A stretch of DNA of 64,000 nucleotides from Octopus vulgaris (lineage: Eukaryota), in contig OX597825.1 in NCBI GenBank assembly GCA_951406725.2, positions 73,160,001 to 73,224,000 of the forward strand. Reading direction: 5' to 3'. Of this stretch, positions 13,117 to 27,494 are shown piece by piece (positions within the stretch are counted from its first letter, which is position 1; every line of letters starts with the position of its first letter). The position numbers were made by a program, and so were the translations under genes. Under the pieces are notes generated by a model. It was not told the DNA's origin. It was given only the letters and a program-made list of their open reading frames with translations, and made no database searches.

Positions 13117-14879
13117 ATTGCAAACAATGAATGAAATAAACATGAAATGAAAAAATCGTATAAATAAAAGCTCGTTTAAAATTATCTTGAACCAAATATT
13201 TAAATTTGTGAACTTGGTAAATATGTTTTCAGTAATTTATCGTAGTTGTTTGCAAATAGCAAATTAAAACTTGAAATGAAAACATTAAAATAGAAAGTGA
13301 AAAGTTCGCAAATGAAAACGGAAAATTTCGCCGTTGCTGACATTGAGAAACATTTTTAAAGAAGTGAATCATATATATAAAGCAATGCAAATGAAACAAA
13401 TTTTTTGTTTAGAATAATTCCATCTCCGCTCTACTAAATCTTTCAATGAAATTTTACTGAAATATGTTTTCAATGATGTAGAATATGACTGTCTTGGTAA
13501 AATGCGAGAAGAAAAAATTCTTGGGAAATATTATCGGAAGAGTTGGACACATTTCTGTACAGAAGTGTGTTTTATTGACTTTGCTTTCTCATAACTTTCT
13601 TAAAAAGGCATATGATTTAAAAAAAAATGTCAAAGATGCTTTTTCAATGGTGTAAGATTATCTTAATAAAAAAAAAAAAGAATTTAAATGGTTTAAATCA
13701 TAATCTACACCCTCGAAAATGTACCTACGGAATATTATAGCAAATTGATATTCTAGAATGTGTGTGTGTGTGTGCACGCGTGAGTGCGTGCGTATGTCTG
13801 TGTTTGCTTGTCCCTAACATTCGCCTGGCAACCGCTGTTGGTTTGTTTTCTTCCTCGTATAAAAGAAACCAATAGCATTAGAATAAATATCAGATATTTT
13901 AAAATAAATACTGGGATCAATTTGTTCGACTAAAACCTTTCAAAGAGGTGCCCCAGCAGGGCCGCAAATGACAAGCTAAAACAAGTAGAAGATCAAAGAA
14001 GACACAATCTTAGATCTTAGCTCAAGTCATTTGCCAAATTGGTACAGCCCTAGAATCATCATATTGCCACAATTTTCCCCCCACTTTTTTTTTTCTTACC
14101 AACGCCATATTTTCAAACAACGACATTTACTGCAAAAGCGTTCATTCATGACATTTTTCTCTCACAATCTTCTGCGTGGGTGGTTTTAGTGTTTAGCATT
14201 TCTTCAGCCTCTCTGACTCTTAGCTTATTCTTTTGGTTACATCTTCGGCATGTTATTGTCACTTATCTGTGTTTATCTACCTATTTATCTCCTTATTTAT
14301 TTACTTATTCATTTATTTATTTATTTGTTCCTTAACACCAACTTCGCTATCCGCCATTTTTCCTCGTCGTCGCTGCAGTTACAACACATTATGTAATTGT
14401 TGATGTTGTTGTTGTTGTTGGTGGTGTTGCTGTCGTTGTCGCTGTTAAAAGAAGAAAAAGAAAAAAATGATTTTATTGTTGTTACCGTTTCCTCGTTGCC
14501 AGCCAAATTTTGCTGCTGGCAACGGTGTGGAAATGTTAAGAATGAATCTCCCGGCTGTTAGAGAAATTAAGCAAATGATCCGCCCATTCAAAACCTGATA
14601 TTGTCGAGAGAAAAACAACAACAAAAAAACAAAAAAACAAAATACAAAACAAAATCAAAAGCAAAAACAACAGGAGAAAATCTCAAGACAATCGAAATAT
14701 ACTGAAAAAGAAAGAGAGAAAGATGAAGATGAAGAATTAGCAGTAGTAGTAGTAGTAGTAGTAGTAGTTGATAGGAAAATAAATATACAAAGGGAGAAAC
14801 TGAAAGAAAGTGAAAACGAGCGTGTGAGGAATGGAGTGGAGAAAACACACACACACACACAATTCATATATATGCATGC

Positions 14880-14932
<53 letters not shown>

Positions 14933-15571
14933 GTATAAACATATATGTGTGTGTGTATATGTTATATAATTCATATATATATATATATGATATATATGTA
15001 TATATATATGTATATATACATATATACATACATATATATATATACATGCATATGTATATATATATACATATATGTGTGTGTGTGTATATATATATATATA
15101 TGTATGTATATATATATATATGTATATATGTATAACGTGCATATATATATATGTGTGTATGTGCGTATGTATGTATGTATGCATGTATAGTGAAGGAAAG
15201 AGAGGGGAAGAGGGAGAGATGGAGGGTGTAGACGGGTGCAAAGTGATGAAATGTGTGTTCACATTGAGAAGAAGAAGAGATAACAACAGGCAATACTCTT
15301 ACGGTGTAGACATGTATTGTAAACAGACCAATAGCAATGGAGTAAGTCAATAAACAGGGTTAACAGCAGCAACAACAACAACAACAACGATGACAACAAC
15401 AAAAACAGCAACAACAATAACTGGAATATTAAGAATAACGGCAGCAGCAGCAGTAGTAATAGTAGCAGCAGCAGCATGAGCAATGGCGTTGACAAAGATC
15501 AAGATAGGCGGATAAAGGATAAAGGAGAGAGAGAGAGGGTGGGTGCTGAAAAATAATACAGCTGTTGCGGT

Positions 15572-15726
15572 TGATGATGATGATGATGTTGATGATGATG
15601 ATGGTGGTGATGATGATGACGATGATAATGATGAAGATGATGATGATGATGTTAATGATGATGACGATGACGACGATGATGATGATGATGATGATGATGA
15701 ATATGATGATGATGATAATGATGATA

Positions 15727-15772
<46 letters not shown>

Positions 15773-15860
15773 CGACGATGATGATGACGAAGATGATGAT
15801 GATGATGATTTTGACAATGATGATGATGAATGGTGGTAGTGGTGGTGGAGGTGTAGGTGA

Positions 15861-15905
<45 letters not shown>

Positions 15906-16055
15906 ATGGTGGCGTTGGAGGTTGTGGGGGGATGGTGGTGACAGGCAGGGTGTTTTCGGTGGTGGTGGCGATGGATATTCGAAGATAAGAACGAAGATGA
16001 GAATAGAGATGATGATGACAATGACGATGATGATGATGATGATGATGATGATCAC

Positions 16056-16102
<47 letters not shown>

Positions 16103-16205
16103 CGATGGTGATGATGATGATGATGATGATGATGACGACGACAACGACGATGATGATGATGATGACGACGACGACGATGATGATGATGATGATGATGATG
16201 ATGAC
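15572..16205. repeat. Compound (GAT)n/(GAC)/(CTG) trinucleotide array
   Basis: Direct inspection; source of the poly-D/M/H/S ORFs. Confidence 0.95.
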
Positions 16206-16614
16206 GAGGGCGAGGGTGATGACCTTTACGTTTCAAAAGAAGGCATTGCCCATGTCTCGCTAAAAAGGGCCGCCGTGACTTGTATAGTTAGGCTAGACAG
16301 GTCGATAGGAACGGCATGATGAACCTATCCTCAAATCGGAAACCTGGCCCGAATGATTGCAGCGGGGTCGACTCCGTTAAAGCCAATCATGTGACCAGGT
16401 GGTGGTATTATGGTATTAAGTCTCCAATATCCTTTCAGGACTTTGTTAGAGGAAGAGATGATGTTGTCCCCAGAAAAGATGCTCCACCCGACAATCTCCA
16501 ATAGAGTAGATTTCAGGTTCTACCAAAATGATGCAAAAATCAGGTGGAGGTGTGAAACAGGGCGACCGTCTAAGTCCATTACTCATGGAGATTTTAATGC
16601 AGCAGCTGGTATTG

Positions 16615-17092
16615 TTATCCTTTTATTTAGTGTCATTCATTGGACTGCGGCCAAGTTGGGGCACCACCTTGAAGGGTTTAATTGAGGAAATCAACCTCAG
16701 CACTGTTTTTTTTTTCTTTTGAAGACTGGTACTCTTTCTATCGTTCTCTTTAGCAGAATGGCTAAATTACAGGGACGTAAACAAACCATCAGCAGTTGCT
16801 AAGCGATGATAGGGAACAAACATAAACACACATACACAGAGGTAGACAGACAGACCGACACACAGACAGACAGATAGCCAGACAGACAGACATACCGACA
16901 CACACAGAGACAGATAAACAGACAACCGCCCCCCCCCATACACGACGAAATTCTTTCAATTTCCGTCCATCAAATGCTTTCACAAGGCTTTGATCGGGGC
17001 TATTGTAGAAGACATTTGCTTAAGGTGCCATGTAGCGGAAGTAAACCCGAAACCACGTGGTTGGGAAGCAAACTTCTTACCACACCGCCACT
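16615..17092 (-). mobile_element. SINE family D copy
   Basis: Similar to 39402-39843; internal repeat here is (GACA)n-like. Confidence 0.7.
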
Positions 17093-17149
17093 CCATAAAT
17101 TTACTTTTCTTTTTCTTAAAAAAAATGGATGATTTTTCTTCCCGAGTCA

Positions 17150-17381
17150 TGCCGACTCATAAGGGCCCGGTTTCCCGGTTTCATGGCATATATATAATCC
17201 CCCACCTGGACGGAACGCTAGTCCACCTCAGGGTTACTCATTTTTGTCAGCTGAGTGGACTGGAGCAACATAAAATGAAGTGTTTTGCCCAAGAACACAA
17301 CGTGTCGCTCGGTCCAGATATCGAAACAGCAATCTTACGACCACGAGCTCAACACTCTAACCACTAATTCACGCGCCCACC
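17150..17381 (-). mobile_element. SINE family C copy
   Basis: Reverse complement of the C head and core; tail shared with 46436-46948. Confidence 0.7.
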
Positions 17382-17455
17382 ACAAAGTTTTCTATTTTAT
17401 CCTCGTTTTAGCTCAATGAGGAGATAGTGTTGTTACGATACTGCTATACTAGTAA

Positions 17456-18445
17456 AGGCGCATGACTAAGTGGTTAGGGCATTCCGTTCACGATCGCAAG
17501 GTCGTGAGTTCAATTCCCGGTAACGCGTTGTGACCTTGAACAAGACACTTTATTTCACGTTGCTTCAGTCCACTCAGCTGGCAAAAATGCGTAGTACCTG
17601 TATTTCAAAGGGCCAGCTTTGTCACACTCTGTCTCATGCTGAATCTCCCCTAGAACTACGTTAAGGGTACATTGTCTGTGGAGTGCTCAGCCACTTGTAC
17701 CTTAATTTCACGAGTGGAGGCGCAATGGCAGAGTGATTAGGGCAGCGGACGCGCGGTTTCAAATCCCCGACCGGGCGTTGTGAGTGTTTATTGAGCGAAA
17801 ACACCTAAAGAACTACGAGTCTCCGGCAGGGGGTAGGGTGGCGAACCCTATTGTACTCTTTCACCACAACTTTCTTCCTGTTTCTGTTATACATGTATTT
17901 CAAAGGGTGAGCCTTGTCATACTATATCACACTGAATCTTCCTGAGAACTACGTTAAGGGTACACTTTTCTGTGGAGTGCTCAGCCACTTGCACGTTAAT
18001 ATCACGAGTGAGCTGTTCTGTTGATCGTATCAGCTGGGACCCTCGTTTTCGTAACCGACGGTGTGCTCCTTTGGAGGCGCAATGGTCCAGTGATTAGGGC
18101 AGCGGACTCACGTTCGTAGGATCGTGGTTTCGATTCCCAGACCGGGCGTTGTTAGTGTTTATTGTCCGAAAACACCTAAAGAACTACGAGGCTCCGGCAG
18201 GGGGTGGGGTGGTGAACCCTGCTGTACTCTTTCACCACACCTTTCTCTCTTCCTGTTTCTGTTGTGCCTGTATTTCAAAGGGCCAGCCTTGTCACACTCT
18301 GTGTCATGCTGAATCTCCCTGAAAACTACGTTAAGGGTACACGTGTCTGTGGAGTGCTCAGCCACTTGCACGTTTATTTCACAAGCAAGCAGTTACGTTG
18401 ATCGTATCAACTGGGATGCTGGTCTTCGTGAGCGACGGAGTGCTC
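17456..18445 (+). mobile_element. Head-to-tail SINE trimer (C-head/B-tail chimera, B, B)
   Basis: Heads at 17456, 17716 and 18073; all three share the tail tatttcaaaggg...gaactacgttaagggtaca...ctcagccacttg. Confidence 0.85.
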
Positions 18446-19009
18446 TAGTGATCCAGGATGTTATATATATGCCTGAATGTTTAAAGGTGACTTTTTACAT
18501 AATAACAGGGACTGGGCGGCGTAGGAGTTTGAACCCTGCCGCTACAGCTCACCATTCTCCTCGCATGTCCAGGTGGCCTTTCCTGTTTAGAATGTTTGCT
18601 TCGTTGCATCAGTTGTCTATGAGTGCATGATGCGTAAAACCTCGTATGATACGAACTGCGCTGTTTTCCTATCATATAATACACAAATGTCTTTCGGAAC
18701 GTCTTGTGATTTGTTGTAGAGAGGTTGGGTACGCGGACTAGGCAGACATACCGTATTTTCCGGCACACTAGGCGAATTTTTCAGACCGAAATTCACAGTC
18801 AAAAATTGTAGGCCCAAGGCGACTTTTGAAGGACAGAAAATTTAATTTGAAACACTTTTAGAAAAATGCTTTCTATCAAAATGTGTTATTCAACTCAATA
18901 TTTTAGTTGCCATTATTTATAGCCTTATGTGCTTCGAGACCCCGTACCAATGACAGAATTGTTTAGCGTTCTCTCGAAAGTTAAATTCTTAGGATGACAA
19001 CAATATGTA

Positions 19010-19126
<117 letters not shown>

Positions 19127-19293
19127 GTCTGCCTGTCTGTTTGTTTGCCTATCTGTCTGCCTGTCTGTTTGTTTGCCTATCTGTCTGCCTGTCTGTTTGT
19201 TTGCCTATCTGTCTGCTTGTCTATTTATCTATGTCTATCTATTTATCTATCTGTCTATCTGTCTGTCTGTTTGTCTGACTATCTATCTTTCTG

Positions 19294-19375
<82 letters not shown>

Positions 19376-20178
19376 AGTCTGTCTGTTTCTCTTTCTGTCT
19401 GTCTGTCTATCGTTCACGTCATGACAATTTATAAACTTGAAGTGAATGTGAAATATTTTCATACTATTGTTTATAACTTCATCCATCGTGCCGTGCTGTA
19501 TATATGTTTAAATGTATATATACGATGGGTTTCTTTCAGTTTCCGTGTATTAAATGCATGCGGAAGGCTTTGGCCAGCTCGGAGCTATAATAGAAGACAC
19601 ATCTCCAAAGTGCCAAGTAGTGGGATAGAACCCAAGAACCACATGATTGAGAAATAGACTTCTTAACCACGCAGCCGCGCCAGTGAAAACGAAATTATCT
19701 ATGGAGATATATTCGTATATGTCTAAGTGACAGACTGGAAAGGCTAAATTTTTCTAACAAGGAAACAGACCAGTTCACCATTCACTTTACAAACACAATA
19801 TGTAGGTGGAACAATAAAAGTATACAAGACTTTTCTAAAGTTAATCAACTAATAATTAACTACAGTAAATGAAATTAGTATCAATTGTGTCCTTTATTTG
19901 ATGTTAAAGTAGTTCTCATTAGTCTTGTTGTTGTCACCGTGGTTGTTGATGTTCTTGTTGTTTTACATTTTGTATTCTCCGTCGTCCTACATGCAATTAA
20001 TGTTGTTTGTCACCACTATTCAAGTCTTTACTTTTATTGTTGCCGTTCTCATTCTTATATTTGATCTTGCAGTTGTTGCCTTGGTTCATATCATAAACAA
20101 AACAGTTGTTGTCGTTCTTTTTTATCTAATTGGTGTTGTAGCTATTGTCGTTGCAATGATTCATGTTATAACTAAAAC

Positions 20179-20244
<66 letters not shown>

Positions 20245-20261
20245 TGTTATTATTATTATCA

Positions 20262-20314
<53 letters not shown>

Positions 20315-20617
20315 GTTGTTGTTGTTGCTATCGTTGTTGTTGTCATTAACAAGTCCACTGTTGCTATAGTTACCCATACAACGACGGTGTTATCACTTTT
20401 ATTATTATTTAATTCAATTTCCATAAATATTCATTTCTTAACCTAATAACTATCAGTACAACATAACTTTGTGTCTGTGTGTCTTTGTGTCAGTGTGGGC
20501 GTGAGAATGTACGCATATTTCTTTCTCACTCTGGGTATATACATACATACATACATACATAGATATACATGTATACATATATACATACATATATATATAT
20601 ATATATGTATGTGTATA

Positions 20618-20663
<46 letters not shown>

Positions 20664-21436
20664 CATAGATATACATATATACATATATACATACACATAT
20701 ATATATATGTGTGTATATATATATATGTATGTATGTATATATATATATATTTATACTTATACACACATATATATATACACATATACACATATATGTGTGT
20801 GTATGTATTTGTACATTCATTTTTCTATAGATGGTAAATGCGTATACGGCACTCAACGCATGTTTGTATATATGTATGTAGGCAAATATATACACATGTA
20901 TACGTGTATATATTTATATATATATATGCATATATATGCCTGTATATATAAATGGACATATATATATGCATACATATATATATATGCATGTATGTCTAAA
21001 TATATATATGCCTCTGTATATATGTATATATACACATATATGTCTATGCATATGTATATATATGTATATATATATATATATATGCACATATATGTCTATG
21101 CATATTATATATGCATATTTTATATATATATATATATGTTTTCTTTTCGTACGTATGCCTATGTATACACCTGGCATATGTTAGTATGGGTATGCATGTG
21201 AGTGTATGTTTATGTATATATATACACTTATGTGTATGTGTGTGTGTATGTGTGTGATAATGCCATTTTCAGCACAACCTATGAAAACGATCGAAGCCAT
21301 CCACCTGTGTATAAAAATGAGTGTCCGTCCCATAAAACTTCACTATAGCGACTGCATTACATATACTTTGCATGGGACAACTGTGTGTGGATATGCATAT
21401 GCATACATAGATACAGAGATACATAGATACACACAA

Positions 21437-21470
<34 letters not shown>

Positions 21471-21740
21471 TTGCACACACACAGACACACGTAGACATTG
21501 GTCAAGCTATACGTCTAATCACGTTTGTTATCTTTAACGCTGTTTTTCACAATAAATGTTTAAAGAAAAAAACCGTTAGAAATAACCGTTTGGTTTAGTA
21601 TAAATCAATATATTTATATATATTACAAACCCAAGGTGACCCAGAAATAAAAGATAACATCTTTTGAAGCTTGTTAAACCATTCAGAAAATAATTACGCG
21701 AAAATAAATAAACAAACATGTATGTATGTATGTATATATG

Positions 21741-21774
<34 letters not shown>

Positions 21775-21808
21775 TGTATGTATGTATGTATGTATGTATG
21801 TATGTATG

Positions 21809-21842
<34 letters not shown>

Positions 21843-22414
21843 TGTATGTGTGTATGTGTGTATGTATGTATGTATGTATGTGTGTATGTATATATATATA
21901 TGTATATATATATATATGTATGTATGTATATATACATATATATATATGTATGTATGTGTGTGTATGTGTGTATATGTATGTATCTATGTATCTATGTATA
22001 AAAAACAGGTATGGTAATTACAGTTTGTAAACAAGAGACTCTATGCGGCCGGTTGTGCGATCTGCTAGAAATAGCAGCGAAAGCTTTCTCAAAATATACA
22101 TTCTTGTTTTGAAACATGCACGACCATACTAGATGATGTCGTCATGGATACGTAATGTGGGAGTCTAGGTTGTGATAGTCACGGGCGGGAGGCCTTTCAT
22201 CATTGGTTTGTTCAGTTAAAGCGGACCTTGAATTAACAACCATAGCAGCAGCAGCAGCATCAACAACAACAACAACAAATTTGAGCGGCAGGGATTCCTG
22301 GGATCAGTACACATTTTGGAAGCCTAACACGTATTCTAGCTTTTGCTGAAACACTAAGTTACACGGACATAAACAAACCGACACCGTATGTCAAGAGATG
22401 ATAGAGAACGAACC

Positions 22415-22455
<41 letters not shown>

Positions 22456-22708
22456 AACACACACACATGATAAGCTTCTTTCAGTTTCCATCTACCAATT
22501 CACTCTCAATGATTTGGTCAGTCCGGGGCTATAGTAGAAGACAATTGACCAAGCTGACACGCGATGGGACTGAACCTCGAACCATGTGGTTAGGAAGGAA
22601 ACTTGTTGCTATACAGGCACCCCTGCACCAATCCAGAACTGCAAAATCTATTATTTTTCTCCTTTACTTTTCTAAGCAGTGAAGAATCATATCCATCTAA
22701 ACCAAGTA

Positions 22709-23201
22709 CCGTAAATCCTCGAGTATAATCCGCATTTTTTTCCCAAAATTTAAATGTCAAAATCCCTAGGGCGTACTATATACGAGGTTAAAAATAAAAA
22801 ATATTTTCTAAGCAATGTCCGAGTCTCTATTTGCTGTCCAGCAATGTTTATTCAGACGCATTTTGTGATGTCGGGCGCGAAAATACCTTAAGCTAAGCCT
22901 GAAAAGAATCATCCATAACTTGCAGTAAGCAACATTTATTAAACGTTATTACTGTTATTTCTTTATTTTCTGCAAACAAAATGCACAAAAAAGCTACATG
23001 TTTGCTTTATGTTATATATACAATAATAAACGATGTTACTGCATATATTTTTACAAATCAAGGACGTTATATAGACCTCCTTGACTCAAGTTAGAGAAGG
23101 GGTGCGTATTATACACAAGGTTTAAGTTTTTCATAGGTACAGCCCCCTAAAATTCCCCTACGTATTATACTCAAGGGCGGACTATACTCGAGGATTTACG
23201 G
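22709..23201. mobile_element. Tc1/mariner-superfamily (Tc2/pogo-like) MITE
   Basis: TA-ccgtaaatcctcgagtataatccgc ... gcggactatactcgaggatttacgg-TA; 25-bp TIRs with one mismatch. Confidence 0.85.
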
Positions 23202-23627
23202 TAGTTATTGGAGTTTTAGTTGCTATATCTAGTACACCAAATCTACTCCGAAGAAGCTCCACCATCTGTTCAGTTTAAACGTAGTTACACCAATGATAGC
23301 TAAAAATACGAAGAGCGAAAGGAACTCTTAGCAATCTTCACATTTTCCGAATTCTACGGAAATAGCGGAAGTGTTTCTTCCTCTTTCTCTTGCCCTCCTC
23401 AAGTTTGACCTTACAGCTTTATATCTTGACGCTATATCAGTGGTTTTTTTTTTTATATATTATATGTACGAGATTAATACAGGTTATATATATATAAGTT
23501 CAGCAAAATTTAGATTCAGATGAATATGGTACTTAAGTTAAAGTCACCAGAATTTGGTATGGCATTATCCATATAAATCAATTGGGGTGATTATAATCAA
23601 AATAAGCAACAAGGATATCCAAGGTAG

Positions 23628-23714
23628 TGTAGTACAATCGTTTCATGCTACTTCATTTTATTAAACAATGTAAGTATTACATCAGTTTTAAAATGTAGGG
23701 CAATCTTCAGTCAT
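23628..23714 (-). ncRNA. Hammerhead-like motif (mirror of 24535-24621)
   Basis: CTGAAGA - long imperfect stem II - GAAA-cgatt-GTA; stem I does not pair. Confidence 0.45.
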
Positions 23715-23942
23715 ATATAGAATTTTTAAAAATTAAATGGACAATGTACATTTTTATACTTATTTCATTTGTACATTTTAAAACTGATGTAATACTTACA
23801 TTGTTTAATAAAATGAAGTAGCATAAAACGATTGTACTACACTACCTTGGATATCCTTGTTGCTTATTTTGATTATAAATATATATACATATATATAATC
23901 AAAATAAGCAACAAGGATATCCAAAGGTAGTGTAGTACAATC

Positions 23943-24009
<67 letters not shown>

Positions 24010-24121
24010 TTTTCACCTTTTCAAGAACATGGATTCTATTGAATGTATATAGCATGGACTTTATTGAATGTATGTAACAATTATGAACTATTCCATTATA
24101 CTCTTTATTATAAAAAAATTC

Positions 24122-24165
24122 TTTTTGATAAGGTTCGTTATTTCAAGAACCGAAACATGTAAAAA
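24122..24165 (+). ncRNA. Minimal hammerhead with U3-A8 core
   Basis: ttt-TTGATAA-ggttc(gttatttcaa)gaacc-GAAA-cat-GTA-aaa. Stem II is 5 perfect bp and stem III is palindromic (acatgt). Insert 24005-24213 lies between (TA)n runs. Confidence 0.6.
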
Positions 24166-24208
24166 TTAAAATTTATCTAATATAGTGGCATTTTCAAACT
24201 TCTTTTTT

Positions 24209-24247
<39 letters not shown>

Positions 24248-24279
24248 TAGATAGATAGATATAGATATAGATATATATG

Positions 24280-24371
<92 letters not shown>

Positions 24372-24534
24372 TATAATCAAAATAAGCAACAACGATATCC
24401 AAGGTAGTGTAGTACAATCGTTTTATGCTACTTCATTTTATTAAACAATGTAAGTATTACATCAGTTTTAAAATGTACAAATGAAATAAGTATAAAAATG
24501 TACATTGTCCATTTAATTTTTAAAAATTCTATAT

Positions 24535-24621
24535 ATGACTGAAGATTGCCCTACATTTTGAAACTGATGTAATACTTACATTGTTTAATAAAATGAAGTA
24601 GCATGAAACGATTGTACTACA
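24535..24621 (+). ncRNA. Hammerhead-like motif
   Basis: CTGAAGA at 24539-24545; stem II pairs tgc/gca, catttt/aaaatg, aaac/gttt, atgtaa/ttacat; GAAA at 24605-24608; GTA at 24614-24616. Confidence 0.5.
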
Positions 24622-25363
24622 CTACCTTGGATATCCTTGTTGCTTATTTTGATTATAATCACCCCAATTGATTTATATGGATAATGCCATACCAAAGTCT
24701 GGTGACTTTAACTTAAGTACCATAGTCATCTGAATCTAAATTTTGCTGAACTTATATATATATAACCTGTATTAATCTCGTACATATAATATATAAAAAA
24801 AAACCCACTGATATAGCGTCAAGATATAAAGCTGTAAGGTCAAACTTGAGGAGGGCAAGAGAAAGAGGAAGAAACACTTCCGCTATTTCCGTAGAATTCG
24901 GAAAATGTGAAGATTGCTAAGAGTTCCTTTCGCTCTTCGTATTTTTAGCTATCATTGGTGTAACTACGTTTAAACTGAACATAAGGTGGAGCTTCTTCGG
25001 AGTAGACTTGATGTACTAGATATAGCAACCAAAACTCCAACAACTACCGTAAATCCTCGAGTATAGTCCGCCCTTGAGTATAATACGCACTCCTTCTCTA
25101 ACTTGAGTCAAGGAGGTCTATATAACGTCCTTGGTTTGTAAAAATGTATACGGTAACGTCCTTTATTATTATTGTATATATAACATAATGCAAACGTGTA
25201 GCTTTTTTGTGCATTTTGTTTGCAGAAAATAAAGAAATAACGTTTAATAAATGTTGCTTACTGCAAGTTATGGATGATTCTTTTATGACTTTATTGCTTT
25301 CAGGCTTAGCTTAAGGTATTTTCGCGCCCGACATCATATATATATATATATATATATTTTATA

Positions 25364-25594
25364 TACATGCGTATATTAGGGATGACCACTAAGTGGACAT
25401 CCAATATGCTAGAAGAAGATCACCTACGATCTAACTACAAAGAAAAGAATGTTCTCCAGAGAAATTCAGCTTATGTTCTGGTGTTTGCTGAATTTCTCTG
25501 GAGAACATTCTTTTCTTTGTAGTTAGATCCTAGGCGATCGTCTTCTAGCATATTGGATGTCCACTTAGTTGTCATCTCTTATTATACGTATGTA
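25364..25594. repeat. Long hairpin (107-bp arms, 16-nt loop) in (TA)n context
   Basis: 25364-25470 versus 25487-25594; the inner half is perfect and the outer half has scattered mismatches. Confidence 0.9.
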
Positions 25595-25851
25595 TTACAA
25601 TTTTTCTGAATTTTCAGATTTTTCTATATGCTAGGCTACTGGTTTTAAATTGATATTAATCAAATTAACATTCAATTTATCACCCTCATTATATAAATTT
25701 ATATATATACCAAATCCACTCACAAGGATTTGGTCGGCCCGAAGCTATAGTAGAAGACATTTGCTCAAGGTGCCACGCAGTGGGACTGAACCCGGAATCA
25801 TGTGGTTGGTTAGCTAGCTATTTATCACACACCCACTCCTACGCCTATATA

Positions 25852-25887
<36 letters not shown>

Positions 25888-26809
25888 TGTATGTATGTAT
25901 GCATGTATCTATCTATCTATCTATATATATATAGATAAGCGTACACACTCACACACACACATACACGTACATATATGTATTTATGTATGCATACACATAC
26001 ACACACATATCACACACAAACATATATATGTACATACAAACAAACATACAGACAGACATATGTATATTCAAAAACATAGACTTACACACATATACACAGA
26101 TATAAGCGTATACGCATGTGCGAATAAATCCTTATAGGTTTAAAATTTTTTATATCCTCATACTTCCAATTCGGTTTCAAATTTTCAGAAGAGAGGTAAA
26201 TAGATTACATCGACGCCTGTACTCAACTGCTACTTATTTTATCGATTCTAGATTGACGAAAGGCAAAGTCAGTTTTGGCGTGAATTGAACGTAAATACAG
26301 ATAAAATGGCGCTCAACCGACGTGCTAACGAGTTTTTCAACTCGGTCCGCTTCCATCATATTTTCATGTCAAAAGATGATTCTTACTAACAGTCAATAGT
26401 CAAGTAAATATTTTCGTCAGAAGTTCGAGATACCGTGATTATGTAATGTATGTATGTATGTATGTATGTATGTATGTATGTATGTATGTATGTATGTATG
26501 TATGTATACACACACATGCAGATACACAGACACACAGTCATACACAGAGAGACACATGCACATACACGCATACACTTACACCTCACACACACGCACATGT
26601 GCATATATATGTATGTGTATGTGTGTGTGCATGTGTGTGTATGTGTGTATGTGTGTCTATGTATGATTATGTGTGTGTACATATATATGTATGTGTATGT
26701 ATGTATGTATGTATGTATGTATGTATGTATGTATATATATATATATATGCATATATGTGTGTGTGTATGTATGTGCGTTTGTATGTGTATGTGTATGAAT
26801 GTATGTGTA

Positions 26810-26878
<69 letters not shown>

Positions 26879-27154
26879 AACAGAAAGAAGCAGACAGAGA
26901 GACGGAGCTGGTACTAGGATCCTGGAAGAGTTATCTTCACAACGTTACGTGCAGAGTTGAATAAAATATTCGTCAACATTAGAAATCACCATTTCCAGAC
27001 GTCAAATATACTGAAGAACTCAATAAAAATTTGCATTTCTAAACACACATACAGTTCTGAAAGTAAAGTGCTATTTACCATGATGACTCAAAGAAAATAA
27101 AGCCAGGAGCTAATGTAAAAAGCGAATGTTAAACTGAAAGTGAAAAATCGTTGA

Positions 27155-27240
<86 letters not shown>

Positions 27241-27354
27241 GTATATATATATACATACAGAACGAAGATATGTATTTATACGATACCTTGTATGGTTGCG
27301 TACGCTCCTAATAATTCGGTGAACTGTATACACACACACACACACACACACATA

Positions 27355-27409
<55 letters not shown>

Positions 27410-27494
27410 GTATATATATATATACACACATGTATATGTATATATACACACATACATATATAAACATATTTATATATACATAGATACATACATA

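Larger units (their letters stand above)
22866..25336. repeat. About 1-kb inverted duplication (arms 22866-23895 / 24360-25336) with nested hairpins
   Basis: Continuous reverse-complement match covering part of the MITE, the adjacent flank and an HHR-bearing insert; the right arm ends acatca|(TA)n. Confidence 0.9.

Noticed and set aside
14340-14720. YY1-like aaaatggcgg motif (minus; also at 8464 plus) as promoter or start codon
   Set aside because: Short motif, the frame closes after 14 codons, and there is no splice support.
16530-16590. GVKQGDRLSPLL RT-like motif
   Set aside because: Probably a LINE remnant, but too short to classify or delimit.
18751-18830. TA-ccgtattttccggc TIR-like end
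   Set aside because: No partner TIR found.
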